From the IMG/VR virus record IMGVR_UViG_3300009503_000018, positions 32,001 to 96,000 of that record: a stretch of 64,000 bases of DNA. One strand, given 5' to 3'. Made by a program: the position numbers and the translations under genes. This document shows, piece by piece, positions 34,849 to 44,971 of this stretch (position 1 is its first letter; the number at the start of each line of letters is the position of its first letter). The stretch is from a virus. A model generated the notes under the pieces. It was not told the origin of the DNA. It saw only the letters and a program-made list of their open reading frames with translations, and searched no databases.

Positions 34849-36597
34849 TCATGCGAGATAAGCAAGGAGTTCTTCTTTTTTCAACGCAATCAACTGTGCA
34901 TCTTCCAATGTAAGAGCGTCGAATATGTCTTGACGTTTCTTTAAGACTGCGTTGACTAATTGATCCACGGACTTCGCCGCTTCGATTGTGATAATTAATG
35001 CGGGGTCCGTATTTGATCGACGATCTATTCTGTCCAATGACTGACGATACAATGGCAAATACCACGGTTTCTCTAAATAGACCGCTGTTCGACAAACCTT
35101 TAACCAATCAATGCTCGTTCCAGCTTTTTCCGGAATAGACACGACAATTCGGGCTTTCTTTGATAAAACAGCGTCTCGCACTGTTCGGTCGTCCGAACCA
35201 CCGTAATATGCAACGGCATGATAACGTTTATATCTCTGGACTAATTTATCAACCGACTCTCTCCACTGCGTCCATACTAAAAGTTGAGCATCAGGATTGC
35301 TCAAAATTTCCTCAACCACATCGTCTAATTCGAGATATTTTGCTGAATCACCAGAAAATTTTTTAAACCCAGCAATATGTGGATGATTCAGGATTTGTCG
35401 GAGACGTAACACGCGCGTTCCCGCCCCTACAACAGAGACCGTATCTCCTTCCGATGTCTGAATTTCAGCGTGAATGGCTTTTTTCATTTCATTGTAAATT
35501 TTCTCTTGACCTCCACGCAGCGTAACAACACGTGTTTGAAAAATCTTTGAAGGACGATTCAACACTTCAGATTTCAAAAATCGAATTGATGCGCACTCCA
35601 TCCAATCTTTGAGCGTTTGAAGATTTTTGAACCCCGTTTCGACCATCACACGCCTGTGACCAAAAAATCGCAGTTTCCGTTCAACAAAGTAATTATAAAA
35701 AACAGAATACGGAGGAAAGTACCGATTTGGGCAATGTTCAACTAATTTCAACGGTGCCCACGCGCTTTTTGGATTTCCGTCAATGGCGGTTCCCGTCGCG
35801 CACACGAGTTTAACATCTCCCCACCGCTGAATCAAATCCATGATTCTCTTGTGCCGCTTGGCATTCGGATTTTTTAAGGTGTGACATTCGTCGAGAGCGA
35901 CAAAGTCAAACTTCAACTTCTTAAAAGAGTCGAATACTCTAACACGGCTCTTGGAATCTTGATATAATGCATCGTAATGCAAGATTAAGAGATCATAATT
36001 ATTATTTTGAAACTCTTGGAGATCACGAAGGACCGCTTGAGTGCCATTCCCAACACACAACGCCTTTAATGTTGTGTGCCGCTTGACTTCTTCTATCCAA
36101 TCTAATTTTCCCGAATTCAAACACAATACTAGCCCTTTATTGCACACACCTGTCGATTTCCAATACAAAAATGTGTATAAGAGTATGAGAGTTTTCCCAA
36201 GTCCAGTTTCCGAAGCTTCAAGTGATCGTCCACGTTCGATATGGAATTTAATACACTGGAGCTGGTCAGGATATGGCTTTGTCTTCGCGCCCTGAATTTT
36301 TTCGAGCAAAGTTTCATCTGGCGGAGCTTTTTTGAGAGTTAGTAAATACTGGCGTCGTTCCTCAAACTGATCAATAAAGTCTTTTGCTTCTAAGGACATT
36401 TCTCCTTTATCAGGAGCTTGTAACGTATTCAAGCGGTGGGCGAATATGTGGAAATCGTGGACGCCAATAAGCCACGCCCGACACTTCTCATCGTATTTTG
36501 CCGTGAGAAGAGACCGAATCGCGGTAATTGCTTGTTGAGAAGCGTCAGTGAATTCGATTTTTAAACGGCCGTTATCCGCCACATCAACAAAAATCAT
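34849..36597 (-). CDS. SNF2-family helicase
   Basis: ETGLGKT, LDECH, CATGT, LRLRQILNHP, QSLDRIDR. Confidence 0.88.
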   Translation of the reverse strand: MIFVDVADNGRLKIEFTDASQQAITAIRSLLTAKYDEKCRAWLIGVHDFHIFAHRLNTLQAPDKGEMSLEAKDFIDQFEERRQYLLTLKKAPPDETLLEKIQGAKTKPYPDQLQCIKFHIERGRSLEASETGLGKTLILLYTFLYWKSTGVCNKGLVLCLNSGKLDWIEEVKRHTTLKALCVGNGTQAVLRDLQEFQNNNYDLLILHYDALYQDSKSRVRVFDSFKKLKFDFVALDECHTLKNPNAKRHKRIMDLIQRWGDVKLVCATGTAIDGNPKSAWAPLKLVEHCPNRYFPPYSVFYNYFVERKLRFFGHRRVMVETGFKNLQTLKDWMECASIRFLKSEVLNRPSKIFQTRVVTLRGGQEKIYNEMKKAIHAEIQTSEGDTVSVVGAGTRVLRLRQILNHPHIAGFKKFSGDSAKYLELDDVVEEILSNPDAQLLVWTQWRESVDKLVQRYKRYHAVAYYGGSDDRTVRDAVLSKKARIVVSIPEKAGTSIDWLKVCRTAVYLEKPWYLPLYRQSLDRIDRRSNTDPALIITIEAAKSVDQLVNAVLKKRQDIFDALTLEDAQLIALKKEELLAYLA

Positions 36598-36622
36598 ATT
36601 CTTTACTGCGAAACTAGAATTT

Positions 36623-36910
36623 TTATTTTGCTGATGCTTTTTTCCGACCTGCCTGCATAGCCGCTTTTTGTGCTTCTGTCAGGACTTTTCCTTCTCTCTT
36701 TCTCTTTTTTCGTGGGAGTTTAATCCAGTCTTTAGGAACAATCCAAGACCAGGAATCAGTTGCTCCGGGCCACATGGGCTGTGGCGGACCGAGGCGACGT
36801 GTAAGCTTCTTCAGCAACACCGGCGATGTAGTTTCTATCCATGCCGTGTCTTCTCCGTCGTTGAATCCAATGATTGTTTCTCTTTCGATTTTAGTCCGAG
36901 ACTTCGCCAT
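36623..36910 (-). CDS. Hypothetical basic protein
   Basis: GGAGG RBS, 95 aa. Confidence 0.65.
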   Translation of the reverse strand: MAKSRTKIERETIIGFNDGEDTAWIETTSPVLLKKLTRRLGPPQPMWPGATDSWSWIVPKDWIKLPRKKRKREGKVLTEAQKAAMQAGRKKASAK

Positions 36911-36932
36911 TTGTACCTCCTATACTTTGCGA

Positions 36933-39083
36933 TTATTTTAGGTCGGCCCAGGATTTTCCAATTTTCGGTTTGAATTTGAGAGGAACCGAAATATATTCTT
37001 GCACGCTTGTCATGGCTTTTTCAAAATCCTGTGCAAACAAATCGACGTTTTGATCAGCACGTACACTGAAAATTACTTCATCATGCACATATAAGTACAA
37101 CACAGCGTCCAAGTTGTGCCGTTTTATGAGTTCTCCAACCCGGACAATACCCAAATTAGTAATATCGGCCGCAGACCCTTGAATCTTCGTATTGACAATT
37201 TGTCTTTCTACATGTTCGATTTCACGCTTCAATCGGCGACACTCGACTGTATAATAGCACTCCCACAAAAAAGGGCAAGTTGCACACGTGTCTTTTTTGT
37301 AGGTTTTAAGCAATGGTCGGATTTTTTCGGCTCGGTCTCTTGTCCATTCGTGCAAATCCATACCCAAGTCATATTGTATGGACATAGCGACTCCGCCGTA
37401 TTTTTTCATTTGACCATAACATGCGGGCGGCTGTCGTGGATATGGGGGTGTGTCACGAGGCGGAAGCTTTTTTATGTCGGGAATGTACCGCCGGCGCCCA
37501 AACAGCATTTCCACATAGCCTTGGGCTCGTGCTAGAGAAACCTCGTGTTTCGCCCACGGCTTAATATATTTATAAATACGGAAGAATTTTTCATAGTACT
37601 CTTTTGCGGCAGGAACATCACAATCGAGTTGTCGAGCAAGCCCAAATGCGGTTTCCAAATACAGCAAAGCAAAATTGATACTTTTGGCGAGTCGACGAGC
37701 CTCTGGAAATAATGTTTCTACTTCTTCAACCCGGCATGGCAAATTCAACATCGCTACAGCCGTAGACGAATGAATGTCTTTATCGTGATGGTAAATTTTT
37801 AATAGTTCAGGATCTTGACAATAATGCGTCAATACCCGAGCTTCCAATTGGCTGTGATCACCGCCACACAAGACCCAACCCTCTTCCGCCACAAACGCTT
37901 TTCGGACAAGGGGGCCATGTGGAATTTGGTGCAATCGCGCCATACTGAGCCGGCCGGTTCGTGTTCCATGAATTTTTGGATCTGTCCGATAAAACCCGTC
38001 AGGACCAATATCAGATAGCAACCCAGTAAAATACGTGCTTTTAAGTTTTTCGGCAGCCCGATATTCAATAATATAATCAACAACCGGGTGAGTTCCACGA
38101 AGCCGTTTTAGCTCGGCTTCATCGGTACTGTACCCCTTTTTTGTTTTACGCCCCCCCGGTAATTTCAACGTGTCATATAAGAGTTCTCGTAATTGATCTG
38201 GTGAGCTTGGATTAAATACTGGATTACCGACGATTGTACGGATTTGATCTATTAAAATTTTTATTTCTGCATTATACCAATTTTCGCCATTTTCGAGATA
38301 TTCCGTATCAAGACAGACTCCGTGTACACGCATATCGAGGGCTGTGCGGGCAAGCGGCATTGTAATAACAGTATAGATGGGCTGTGTAGTCGGTAACAGC
38401 GATTGTTCAAGAATGTCATCGAGTCTTCGGGTCCAAACGGCATCTCCAGCACCATATTCTGCAACATACTGTACAGGAATTAACCAGTATTTCGGATTTT
38501 CGTCTGTACCTCCTACCGCTTTATTCCACCGCTTGAGTTCGACTTCATACCAATCGGCGTCAGGATGAATTTTTTTCACCGCCAGTTCTTTAAGACTATG
38601 CTGTGAGTCTGCATCCACAACATGAGATTTCAACATCGTGTCGCTGTAAATACCGCGAACCACAATATCAAAATTGAAATAGATAATCGGAATATCATAT
38701 AGCAAATTATGAAATATCTTTTTTATATCACTTTCTAAAAATGACTTTAAAAAATCAACAAGATAACGGAACTTTTTTTCGCTGTTCCAGTATATTGTTC
38801 CTTCTGGGGAATTATACATCGGAATATAATATCCTTCTTCCCACGGCGGGAAAGATAGGCAAATCCCGATTACCTTGTCTCGGTCAACATGTAGACCGGT
38901 TGTTTCAGTGTCCACAGCCGCTCGTGATGCGTGCTCAGCGACCTTTTCTAAGGCTTTAATAGTTTCATCAGATTCTACAAGGATGGGACGAAAGAGGTTA
39001 GGACACGGCCGAACCGGAGGAGGGAGAACAACCTGGGGTGGTACACCCTCTTTCGGCGGTTGAAGATCCGTGTACTTGTTCAT
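36933..39083 (-). CDS. polA: Family A DNA polymerase with 3'-5' exonuclease
   Basis: VDTETTG, HNLLYD, YGAGD; motifs GDHSQLEAR, RRLAKSINFALLY, NTKIQGSAAD, VHDEV. Confidence 0.93.
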   Translation of the reverse strand: MNKYTDLQPPKEGVPPQVVLPPPVRPCPNLFRPILVESDETIKALEKVAEHASRAAVDTETTGLHVDRDKVIGICLSFPPWEEGYYIPMYNSPEGTIYWNSEKKFRYLVDFLKSFLESDIKKIFHNLLYDIPIIYFNFDIVVRGIYSDTMLKSHVVDADSQHSLKELAVKKIHPDADWYEVELKRWNKAVGGTDENPKYWLIPVQYVAEYGAGDAVWTRRLDDILEQSLLPTTQPIYTVITMPLARTALDMRVHGVCLDTEYLENGENWYNAEIKILIDQIRTIVGNPVFNPSSPDQLRELLYDTLKLPGGRKTKKGYSTDEAELKRLRGTHPVVDYIIEYRAAEKLKSTYFTGLLSDIGPDGFYRTDPKIHGTRTGRLSMARLHQIPHGPLVRKAFVAEEGWVLCGGDHSQLEARVLTHYCQDPELLKIYHHDKDIHSSTAVAMLNLPCRVEEVETLFPEARRLAKSINFALLYLETAFGLARQLDCDVPAAKEYYEKFFRIYKYIKPWAKHEVSLARAQGYVEMLFGRRRYIPDIKKLPPRDTPPYPRQPPACYGQMKKYGGVAMSIQYDLGMDLHEWTRDRAEKIRPLLKTYKKDTCATCPFLWECYYTVECRRLKREIEHVERQIVNTKIQGSAADITNLGIVRVGELIKRHNLDAVLYLYVHDEVIFSVRADQNVDLFAQDFEKAMTSVQEYISVPLKFKPKIGKSWADLK

Positions 39084-39736
39084 CGCTTAAAACACTTATA
39101 CCGACCGAACGATTCGACAATGCGGTATCCGTGAGCCTCTTGTGCGGTTAATGCTGTGACTTGCGCAATAACTGCATCGACTTTGGTCGCAGCCTCTTTG
39201 CGTAAAGAGAGGACTGTCGCCTTTACATCACCGAGCGTAGTCCAATTCCGAATAAAAATATCCAAGACGAGGCGGCGAAGCGAATCTCGCCGAAACGGAT
39301 TAACCGCAGGTTGAAGCGATATGCTAACACCGTGCGCCCGAATCCGCTGTCGATCATTTTGTTCTTGCACGGCATTATATTGTGGAGATTCCTGGCGCGC
39401 AAACAACTCGTCTGACTCAGCCAAGACTTGCTCATACGATTTTTTCGAACAGTGTATCGCGTTGATGGGAATATTCATTGACAACAATTTCGCGACTAAG
39501 CAGGACTTTGCTAATGCACATTCATACGGCTCCCCCTCATGAAGAGGGAGCTGGGGATTACACACTCCTGACTCAAGGTTTGGGTCAGAAAAACAGGGGG
39601 GAATTTTTGATGTCGGGATTGACTCGGAAAGTCCCTCAACGATTTCGATCAATCGCTGTTTATCCCCTTTAAATTCTGGACGTGCAATGTCGTTAACAAT
39701 AACGTCGAAATTTTTGTTTTCTGGCTTTTGCATCAC
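39080..39736 (-). CDS. Hypothetical protein
   Basis: 218-aa coupled ORF. Confidence 0.65.
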   Translation of the reverse strand: MMQKPENKNFDVIVNDIARPEFKGDKQRLIEIVEGLSESIPTSKIPPCFSDPNLESGVCNPQLPLHEGEPYECALAKSCLVAKLLSMNIPINAIHCSKKSYEQVLAESDELFARQESPQYNAVQEQNDRQRIRAHGVSISLQPAVNPFRRDSLRRLVLDIFIRNWTTLGDVKATVLSLRKEAATKVDAVIAQVTALTAQEAHGYRIVESFGRYKCFKR

Positions 39737-39903
39737 GAATTTTTCAAATCTTTTACATAAATGATTGTGTGATCTGTGTTCGACTTTTTTGTTGATAATT
39801 GTTCGGAATTGAAAATTCGACTACAATTTAAACACAGATACGCCCCGGAAGGCAAACGATGAAAAGCGTCCTGTCCACACTTGGGGCAAAAAATATTTTT
39901 CAT
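39733..39903 (-). CDS. 56-aa zinc-ribbon protein; absent from ORF track
   Basis: MKNIFCPKCGQDAFHRLPSGAYLCLNCSRIF...; overlaps both neighbours. Confidence 0.6.
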   Translation of the reverse strand: MKNIFCPKCGQDAFHRLPSGAYLCLNCSRIFNSEQLSTKKSNTDHTIIYVKDLKNS

Positions 39904-40140
39904 TTAAACGTATGATTCCAATTCATCAACGATGTCGTCGATCTCGCCTTCTAATTCTACGGCATCAGTGTACAACCGTTCAAGCTGGTGAGCAACATGG
40001 GCTAAAATCTCTGGTGTTGTATAGTACACTTCAGACGGCATTGGTGGCGGAAGACTCGTTTTCGCCATCCCCCGTAAAAAATCCTGGAGATCACGTACTC
40101 CAGTTCGGATATTGTTCAATAACTGCTCGTATCGCTCCAT
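39904..40140 (-). CDS. Hypothetical protein
   Basis: 78-aa coupled ORF. Confidence 0.55.
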   Translation of the reverse strand: MERYEQLLNNIRTGVRDLQDFLRGMAKTSLPPPMPSEVYYTTPEILAHVAHQLERLYTDAVELEGEIDDIVDELESYV

Positions 40141-40291
40141 TAGTTTCCAACCTCGGTTTCAGATTCTTCTTCATACATCGCACTGACTAAAAGATTGAGT
40201 TTTTCAGAAATGTCCAGTAGCAATAACAAAATCAATGTATCGCGTTCTGAAAAACACCCCGCCGCAATACGAGTACGAATGTCGTCTAAGC

Positions 40292-41485
40292 TCAGCTCAG
40301 TAATTGTTTGAAAAGTTCCCGCCATTGTGGCACCACATGATGCTTCCAGGTTCTGTTTTCTTGATACCACTTCCGTCCCTGAAGCGCCATCTCTTTGTAT
40401 TTTGTGTAATTAGTACGGACTTCGAGCATTGCTTTTGCGACGACGCGCGGATCAGCATAATATCGCCAATTGCTCCTGTCAGTACCAAACGGAAGAGCCG
40501 AATGACGAAGTCCGGGGTCATACAGGTAACCAAAATCTCGCACGACTTCGGGGAATGAAGTATGTCGGGGAGCGATAACCGGTATTCCAGCACAAATTGA
40601 TTCCGATATCGAGAGTCCCCAGCCGTCACCGATGGATGTCGTCAATGTTACTCGACACGCGTTGTACATGGCATTGAGTTGCTCCTCGGACAATCGCGCT
40701 GGAGACACTCGAATTGAATTATTTTTCTTGAAGTTTAGACTGTTAGCAATAAGGCGAATATTACAGCCAATACTTTCTTCTTCATTCATGTGAAGGACAA
40801 GAGTATCGTCATTGTCGACAAGATTTTTATACTCTCGCAATGCCGCAATCGAACATGGGATATTTTTCCGGACTTGATTTTTGTTAACATTAATAAAAGC
40901 AAAATCTCCAACTAACTTTTTGTAGTACGCCACGGCTGGATTTGAACCAGGCGGAATTGGTCGAAAAGTCTCCGGATCCGCGCCGTGTGGAATGACTTTA
41001 GTCCGAATCCCCAATGTGGGGTGAATTCTTTTTACCGTGTCTAAGGCAAATTCTGTGTAGGTCACAGGTACGTCAACGCAGACAAGCCAATCATACCACA
41101 CTCCGTCCAGCTCTTCGCAATCAATAGGGAAATAGCACACAACCGGAATTTGACCTTTCTTTTTTACACGCTCAACAACATCAGGCATGAAATCGCGCAT
41201 GAGCCACGCATCATTGAGTATAAAAAATAAATCGAACTGCTCGAATTCGACCCAGCGTTTCAAATGCTCTCTCCCGTAATAATCTATCGGACCTGCGCCG
41301 AGCAAAGGATTACATGCCGGATAAATCTTCAGATGAGGAAATTCGTGAGGATATCCATTATAGTTTATGCCAAATATTTTAATATCAAAATCATCAATTA
41401 GGTTAGTGAAAATGCTTTTAATAACATTTCCAAACCCGGTGCAGACAGTCGGGGTATCCCCGTAGACGGCAATAGTCTTTTTCAT
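40292..41485 (-). CDS. GT-B (GT4-like) glycosyltransferase
   Basis: DTPTVCTGFG, VIPHGAD, VNKNQVRKN, LNAMYNAC, GDGWGLSISESICAGIPVI. Confidence 0.85.
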   Translation of the reverse strand: MKKTIAVYGDTPTVCTGFGNVIKSIFTNLIDDFDIKIFGINYNGYPHEFPHLKIYPACNPLLGAGPIDYYGREHLKRWVEFEQFDLFFILNDAWLMRDFMPDVVERVKKKGQIPVVCYFPIDCEELDGVWYDWLVCVDVPVTYTEFALDTVKRIHPTLGIRTKVIPHGADPETFRPIPPGSNPAVAYYKKLVGDFAFINVNKNQVRKNIPCSIAALREYKNLVDNDDTLVLHMNEEESIGCNIRLIANSLNFKKNNSIRVSPARLSEEQLNAMYNACRVTLTTSIGDGWGLSISESICAGIPVIAPRHTSFPEVVRDFGYLYDPGLRHSALPFGTDRSNWRYYADPRVVAKAMLEVRTNYTKYKEMALQGRKWYQENRTWKHHVVPQWRELFKQLLS

Positions 41486-42264
41486 AGCTTCAGCTCCTTT
41501 ATAGCCGTTAAAAAGATTTTGCGATATTTTTCTTGCGCCGCAGTCGCAATGCGGTCTCCCCCGAAATCGTCCAATACTTCTGTTAGCCGTTTGGCAAATA
41601 CGGCTTGATTGATTCTTCCGGCAAGGAACTCGTTGGCCGAATCTTTCACAAGATTAGATTTTTCTGTTAATACCGTGACATACAGTTCTGTCATCTCTTC
41701 GACAAAGGTCACAAACGTTTTTTCAGCAACCCGATGGACAATATCCATCGGGTTTCTCATTTTCATAACAGTTTCTGCTTGCTCGCGCAGCTCGCGAAAT
41801 ACTGCTAGAAGCTTAAGCAAATTCGGTCCTGTATCATCACGTCCGCATTTTTCACATTTTGTCGCTGTATGGATTTTTTTCCACTCGTCGTGAAGATAAT
41901 TTACCCGATCCATGAGCGTAACCATCATGCGATCCAGGGTCTTGATCACATCAACGCGCTCTTTAAATTCCTCGGCAAAGATCGCTCGTTCGCCTTCTGT
42001 TAGGGTCGGGACACTTGGATTTCTCTCCAACTTCATTTCAATCATTTCATCGACAACATCTTTCACAGGGAAATGGTACTTAAAATGCCGCGACAGAGCC
42101 TTCTGAACGTTGGAAACTTTTCGCTGGGGGAAGTACTTTTTCGCGATCGCGTCGTATTTCCATAGATTAACCCAACGATCGGTGTGCAGAGCCTCACGCT
42201 GTTCGGGCGGAAGCTTACAAATTGAGCAATGTCCACTAAGTTTCATCGTCGTTAAAACCGCCAC
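41482..42264 (-). CDS. Hypothetical helical protein with CxxC motifs
   Basis: CSIC...SRHFKYH; CEKC. Confidence 0.65.
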   Translation of the reverse strand: MAVLTTMKLSGHCSICKLPPEQREALHTDRWVNLWKYDAIAKKYFPQRKVSNVQKALSRHFKYHFPVKDVVDEMIEMKLERNPSVPTLTEGERAIFAEEFKERVDVIKTLDRMMVTLMDRVNYLHDEWKKIHTATKCEKCGRDDTGPNLLKLLAVFRELREQAETVMKMRNPMDIVHRVAEKTFVTFVEEMTELYVTVLTEKSNLVKDSANEFLAGRINQAVFAKRLTEVLDDFGGDRIATAAQEKYRKIFLTAIKELKL

Positions 42265-43064
42265 AGCATGCTCGGAAAGCCGTGTTTTTCTACACAGTCA
42301 ACGAATTGCTTCATCGCAGGCTTTAGCGAATCATAATTTGATTTGAGAGCGTTGTATAGATCAGAATACAATGGAGTAAAATCTCCGCACTTATTAATTT
42401 CTTGAATACGTGGATACAATTGGCGAATTTCTGGGATATGTTCTGTGTGATACTTCAAAACCGTTAGCCCGTTCCGTACCATATCGTCAATGGCCGCTGA
42501 ACGTGGCTCAGCACCTTCGCGCATCGGGCGGGCCCATGTAAAATGCATGCGCGTTGTGTCCAACGGCTCATCAGAGTAATTTCCGATAATATCAGCTTCT
42601 GCTCTTTTCACGCACAAATCTTTTACAAGCAGCGATCCCCGTTTAACAATAACGGAATCAGCAAACACGTAATTCGCTATCAAATCCCCGTCGATGTGAA
42701 TTTGATTCGCCATAATCCTGTCAGCAAAGCATGGACCATAAAAGGTCATAACGGTTGCTTCAACTGTAGCAAACCGTGATTCGCCGACGATAAGGATTTT
42801 TTTCGCTTTAACGGACGCGGCATTAGAAAAAGGTTCATAACAGGCCAAAAATGAGCAGATAATTGGTCCGTGTATTGCTGTTTCATTGCGAAATACAATA
42901 TCGCCGGTGGCTTCTATTGAATTATGATGATGAAATTGGCACGGCCTTTCTACACACACATCGCCATCGACTTTAATATTGGCGTTTTTTATTGTACAAT
43001 CCGCCAACCATAGAGACCCGTTAACTTCCAAGCTGCCGGTAATATCTTTTCCTTCGATAATCAC
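42252..43064 (-). CDS. Beta-helix/bactofilin-like repeat protein
   Basis: Repeated short beta-rich segments (ITGSLEVNGSL, IKVDGDVCV, IHIDGDL). Confidence 0.5.
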   Translation of the reverse strand: MIIEGKDITGSLEVNGSLWLADCTIKNANIKVDGDVCVERPCQFHHHNSIEATGDIVFRNETAIHGPIICSFLACYEPFSNAASVKAKKILIVGESRFATVEATVMTFYGPCFADRIMANQIHIDGDLIANYVFADSVIVKRGSLLVKDLCVKRAEADIIGNYSDEPLDTTRMHFTWARPMREGAEPRSAAIDDMVRNGLTVLKYHTEHIPEIRQLYPRIQEINKCGDFTPLYSDLYNALKSNYDSLKPAMKQFVDCVEKHGFPSMLWRF

Positions 43065-43114
43065 GCGGAGATTATACTACTGTCAAAATCTTTTGGCAAG
43101 AGGGTTTGATCGTA

Positions 43115-43372
43115 TTAAATTTCAACAACCCATTGGGGAACAAATGTCCGTTCGGTAATATGGGCGGCGGAGATACGATCTAAACGAAAACCTCGAATTT
43201 CATTTTTGGTCAAATCAAAACCAAAAAACCGAATACTGCCCGGGTCTTTTCCCGAACGCCAGGAATATGGTTCGACTTCCCGTGTCGAGGTCTGCCCTTT
43301 CTGGTCCGTGTAGTTGATGATAACGGTATGTAGGGCTCTAGCCGCTTGCCGTATTGCTTCTGACGGGTCCAT
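43115..43372 (-). CDS. Stand-alone WYL-domain protein
   Basis: INYTDQKGQTSTREVEPY...FFGFDLTKNEIRGFRLDRI. Confidence 0.85.
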   Translation of the reverse strand: MDPSEAIRQAARALHTVIINYTDQKGQTSTREVEPYSWRSGKDPGSIRFFGFDLTKNEIRGFRLDRISAAHITERTFVPQWVVEI

Positions 43373-43383
43373 TCCAAACGAGT

Positions 43384-43908
43384 TTAGGCTCCTTCGCGTT
43401 TAGAGCATGGGTCGTTCGGGTTGGGGAATGGAAGAATTTCGTCGTCTATTTTACCTTTTTTAATAACAGGAGAACCTGTTGCACCTTCGAAAAGATAATC
43501 AATTAGAGAAGCGGTATCGCCGTGCCATGTTGACATTTTATATTTTCTTTTCTGAATAGACTCTTCTCGAAGTTCGATTTCATTCATTTTGAAGTCCGCC
43601 GAGACAAAAACGACCCGCTTCGGACCGAAAAAGCCGATAATATACACTTTGTCTGTTAAGTCAAGACCATCATTTTGCGCGACGAGCATATGCGCATGGA
43701 GCATCCAAAAGACTTGTTTATGAGTAACATCAAAGCTAAAATGATACGCGAATAACACCCCATCACCACAAGGGAGTTCAGCAACTAACGGCGTTTGATT
43801 CATATCTTCCGGGGAGACGTTCGCAAAAGGGTCTTTGTTTTGTGCTGACACAACGGCACACAGAAACGACAACGAAAAAATAATTATAACTAAAATTTTT
43901 AATTTCAT
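43384..43908 (-). CDS. Secreted hypothetical protein
   Basis: Signal-peptide-like N-terminus. Confidence 0.65.
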   Translation of the reverse strand: MKLKILVIIIFSLSFLCAVVSAQNKDPFANVSPEDMNQTPLVAELPCGDGVLFAYHFSFDVTHKQVFWMLHAHMLVAQNDGLDLTDKVYIIGFFGPKRVVFVSADFKMNEIELREESIQKRKYKMSTWHGDTASLIDYLFEGATGSPVIKKGKIDDEILPFPNPNDPCSKREGA

Positions 43909-43920
43909 ACTACACCTATT

Positions 43921-44394
43921 TTACTTCCACGGATGGTATACATCAACTACACTTCGGTGGGGAGGGACCGTTCCGGGAAGCGGCGGAGGCGCATACATAT
44001 AATCGCGGTCGAGTAAAGGACGAGGAAATTGCTGAGCGGTAAATAATGCATCAATAGCGTCTTTGGTGAATACATCGGTTTTTTCTCCAGTTCGAAAAAT
44101 CGCCGGATCAAGAATAACCCCCTCACGAATCACCAATGGAACGACCAATTCAAATCGTGTATCGCGTCCTGTTGCTTGGATTTTGCCTGTAAAGTATGCA
44201 ACAGCATTTCGCAAAGACCCATCGGCCCATAAAGACTCAATATCGGTCTTGAAATGTGACCACGTCCCAGAAACTGGAAGTCCAAAACTCGATAAGAATT
44301 CAGACAATTTTTGAGAACCGACTCTAGCAATGGTAAGCGCGTTGGCTTCTCCGTATAGCTTAGTGTGTTGTGGCCGTTTATAATTCCTAGGCAT
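43921..44394 (-). CDS. Hypothetical protein
   Basis: 157-aa ORF in operon. Confidence 0.65.
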   Translation of the reverse strand: MPRNYKRPQHTKLYGEANALTIARVGSQKLSEFLSSFGLPVSGTWSHFKTDIESLWADGSLRNAVAYFTGKIQATGRDTRFELVVPLVIREGVILDPAIFRTGEKTDVFTKDAIDALFTAQQFPRPLLDRDYMYAPPPLPGTVPPHRSVVDVYHPWK

Positions 44395-44397
44395 ATA

Positions 44398-44970
44398 TTA
44401 TGATGCGGTCCCACAATTTGTGCAAGTCGAATCGCACAAGTCTTCTCCGCATACTCGACAAGTCCCTAGTCGCACCAATGGTTCGTCCATGTTCACATAA
44501 TGACGAACTTCGGATGGAGAAAATTCGTGGGCGACAAAGTCATCATCCACGCCAATACAAGTGTCGTCGTGAATTTCGATAACATGTAAGCTCGTACCGT
44601 CGTGGAGTGTGGCGTGCGCATACAGTTTCATTGGTCCAAGAGAATTAGCTGGTTTAGTGGTGGGCGCGTGCTTTGTGGCTACGGCGTTTTGTACTTTTTG
44701 ACCCATGTCGAGATCGACTTTCGATATTGGTCTTCGGGTCTGAGCCGGATTCTCCATTGGACCAGCGACAATTTTGATGTGACCTTTGGTAATTCCTTCT
44801 ACCAAATAAGCGACCTTTTTCAAGTCCGGCTGTTCTTGTTCTGTTAGCTCAACAATACCTTCTCGATGGCAAAAATCGCTTAATTCTTTGAATGTAAAAC
44901 GATCTTTAAAAGGCAAAGTCGAACCCAAAGAGTCAAGAAAAATGAGCGCGGTCGGAACACTGCTATCCAT
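44398..44970 (-). CDS. Hypothetical protein with C-terminal CxxC pairs
   Basis: CRVCG...CTNCG. Confidence 0.65.
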   Translation of the reverse strand: MDSSVPTALIFLDSLGSTLPFKDRFTFKELSDFCHREGIVELTEQEQPDLKKVAYLVEGITKGHIKIVAGPMENPAQTRRPISKVDLDMGQKVQNAVATKHAPTTKPANSLGPMKLYAHATLHDGTSLHVIEIHDDTCIGVDDDFVAHEFSPSEVRHYVNMDEPLVRLGTCRVCGEDLCDSTCTNCGTAS

Positions 44971-44971
44971 T

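Noticed and set aside
37190-37500. Intein in DNA polymerase
   Set aside because: Too short, with no Cys/Ser start block or HN/xN-C/S/T end
41482-42264. Terminase small subunit
   Set aside because: Only a vague helical/CxxC resemblance and it is far from terL
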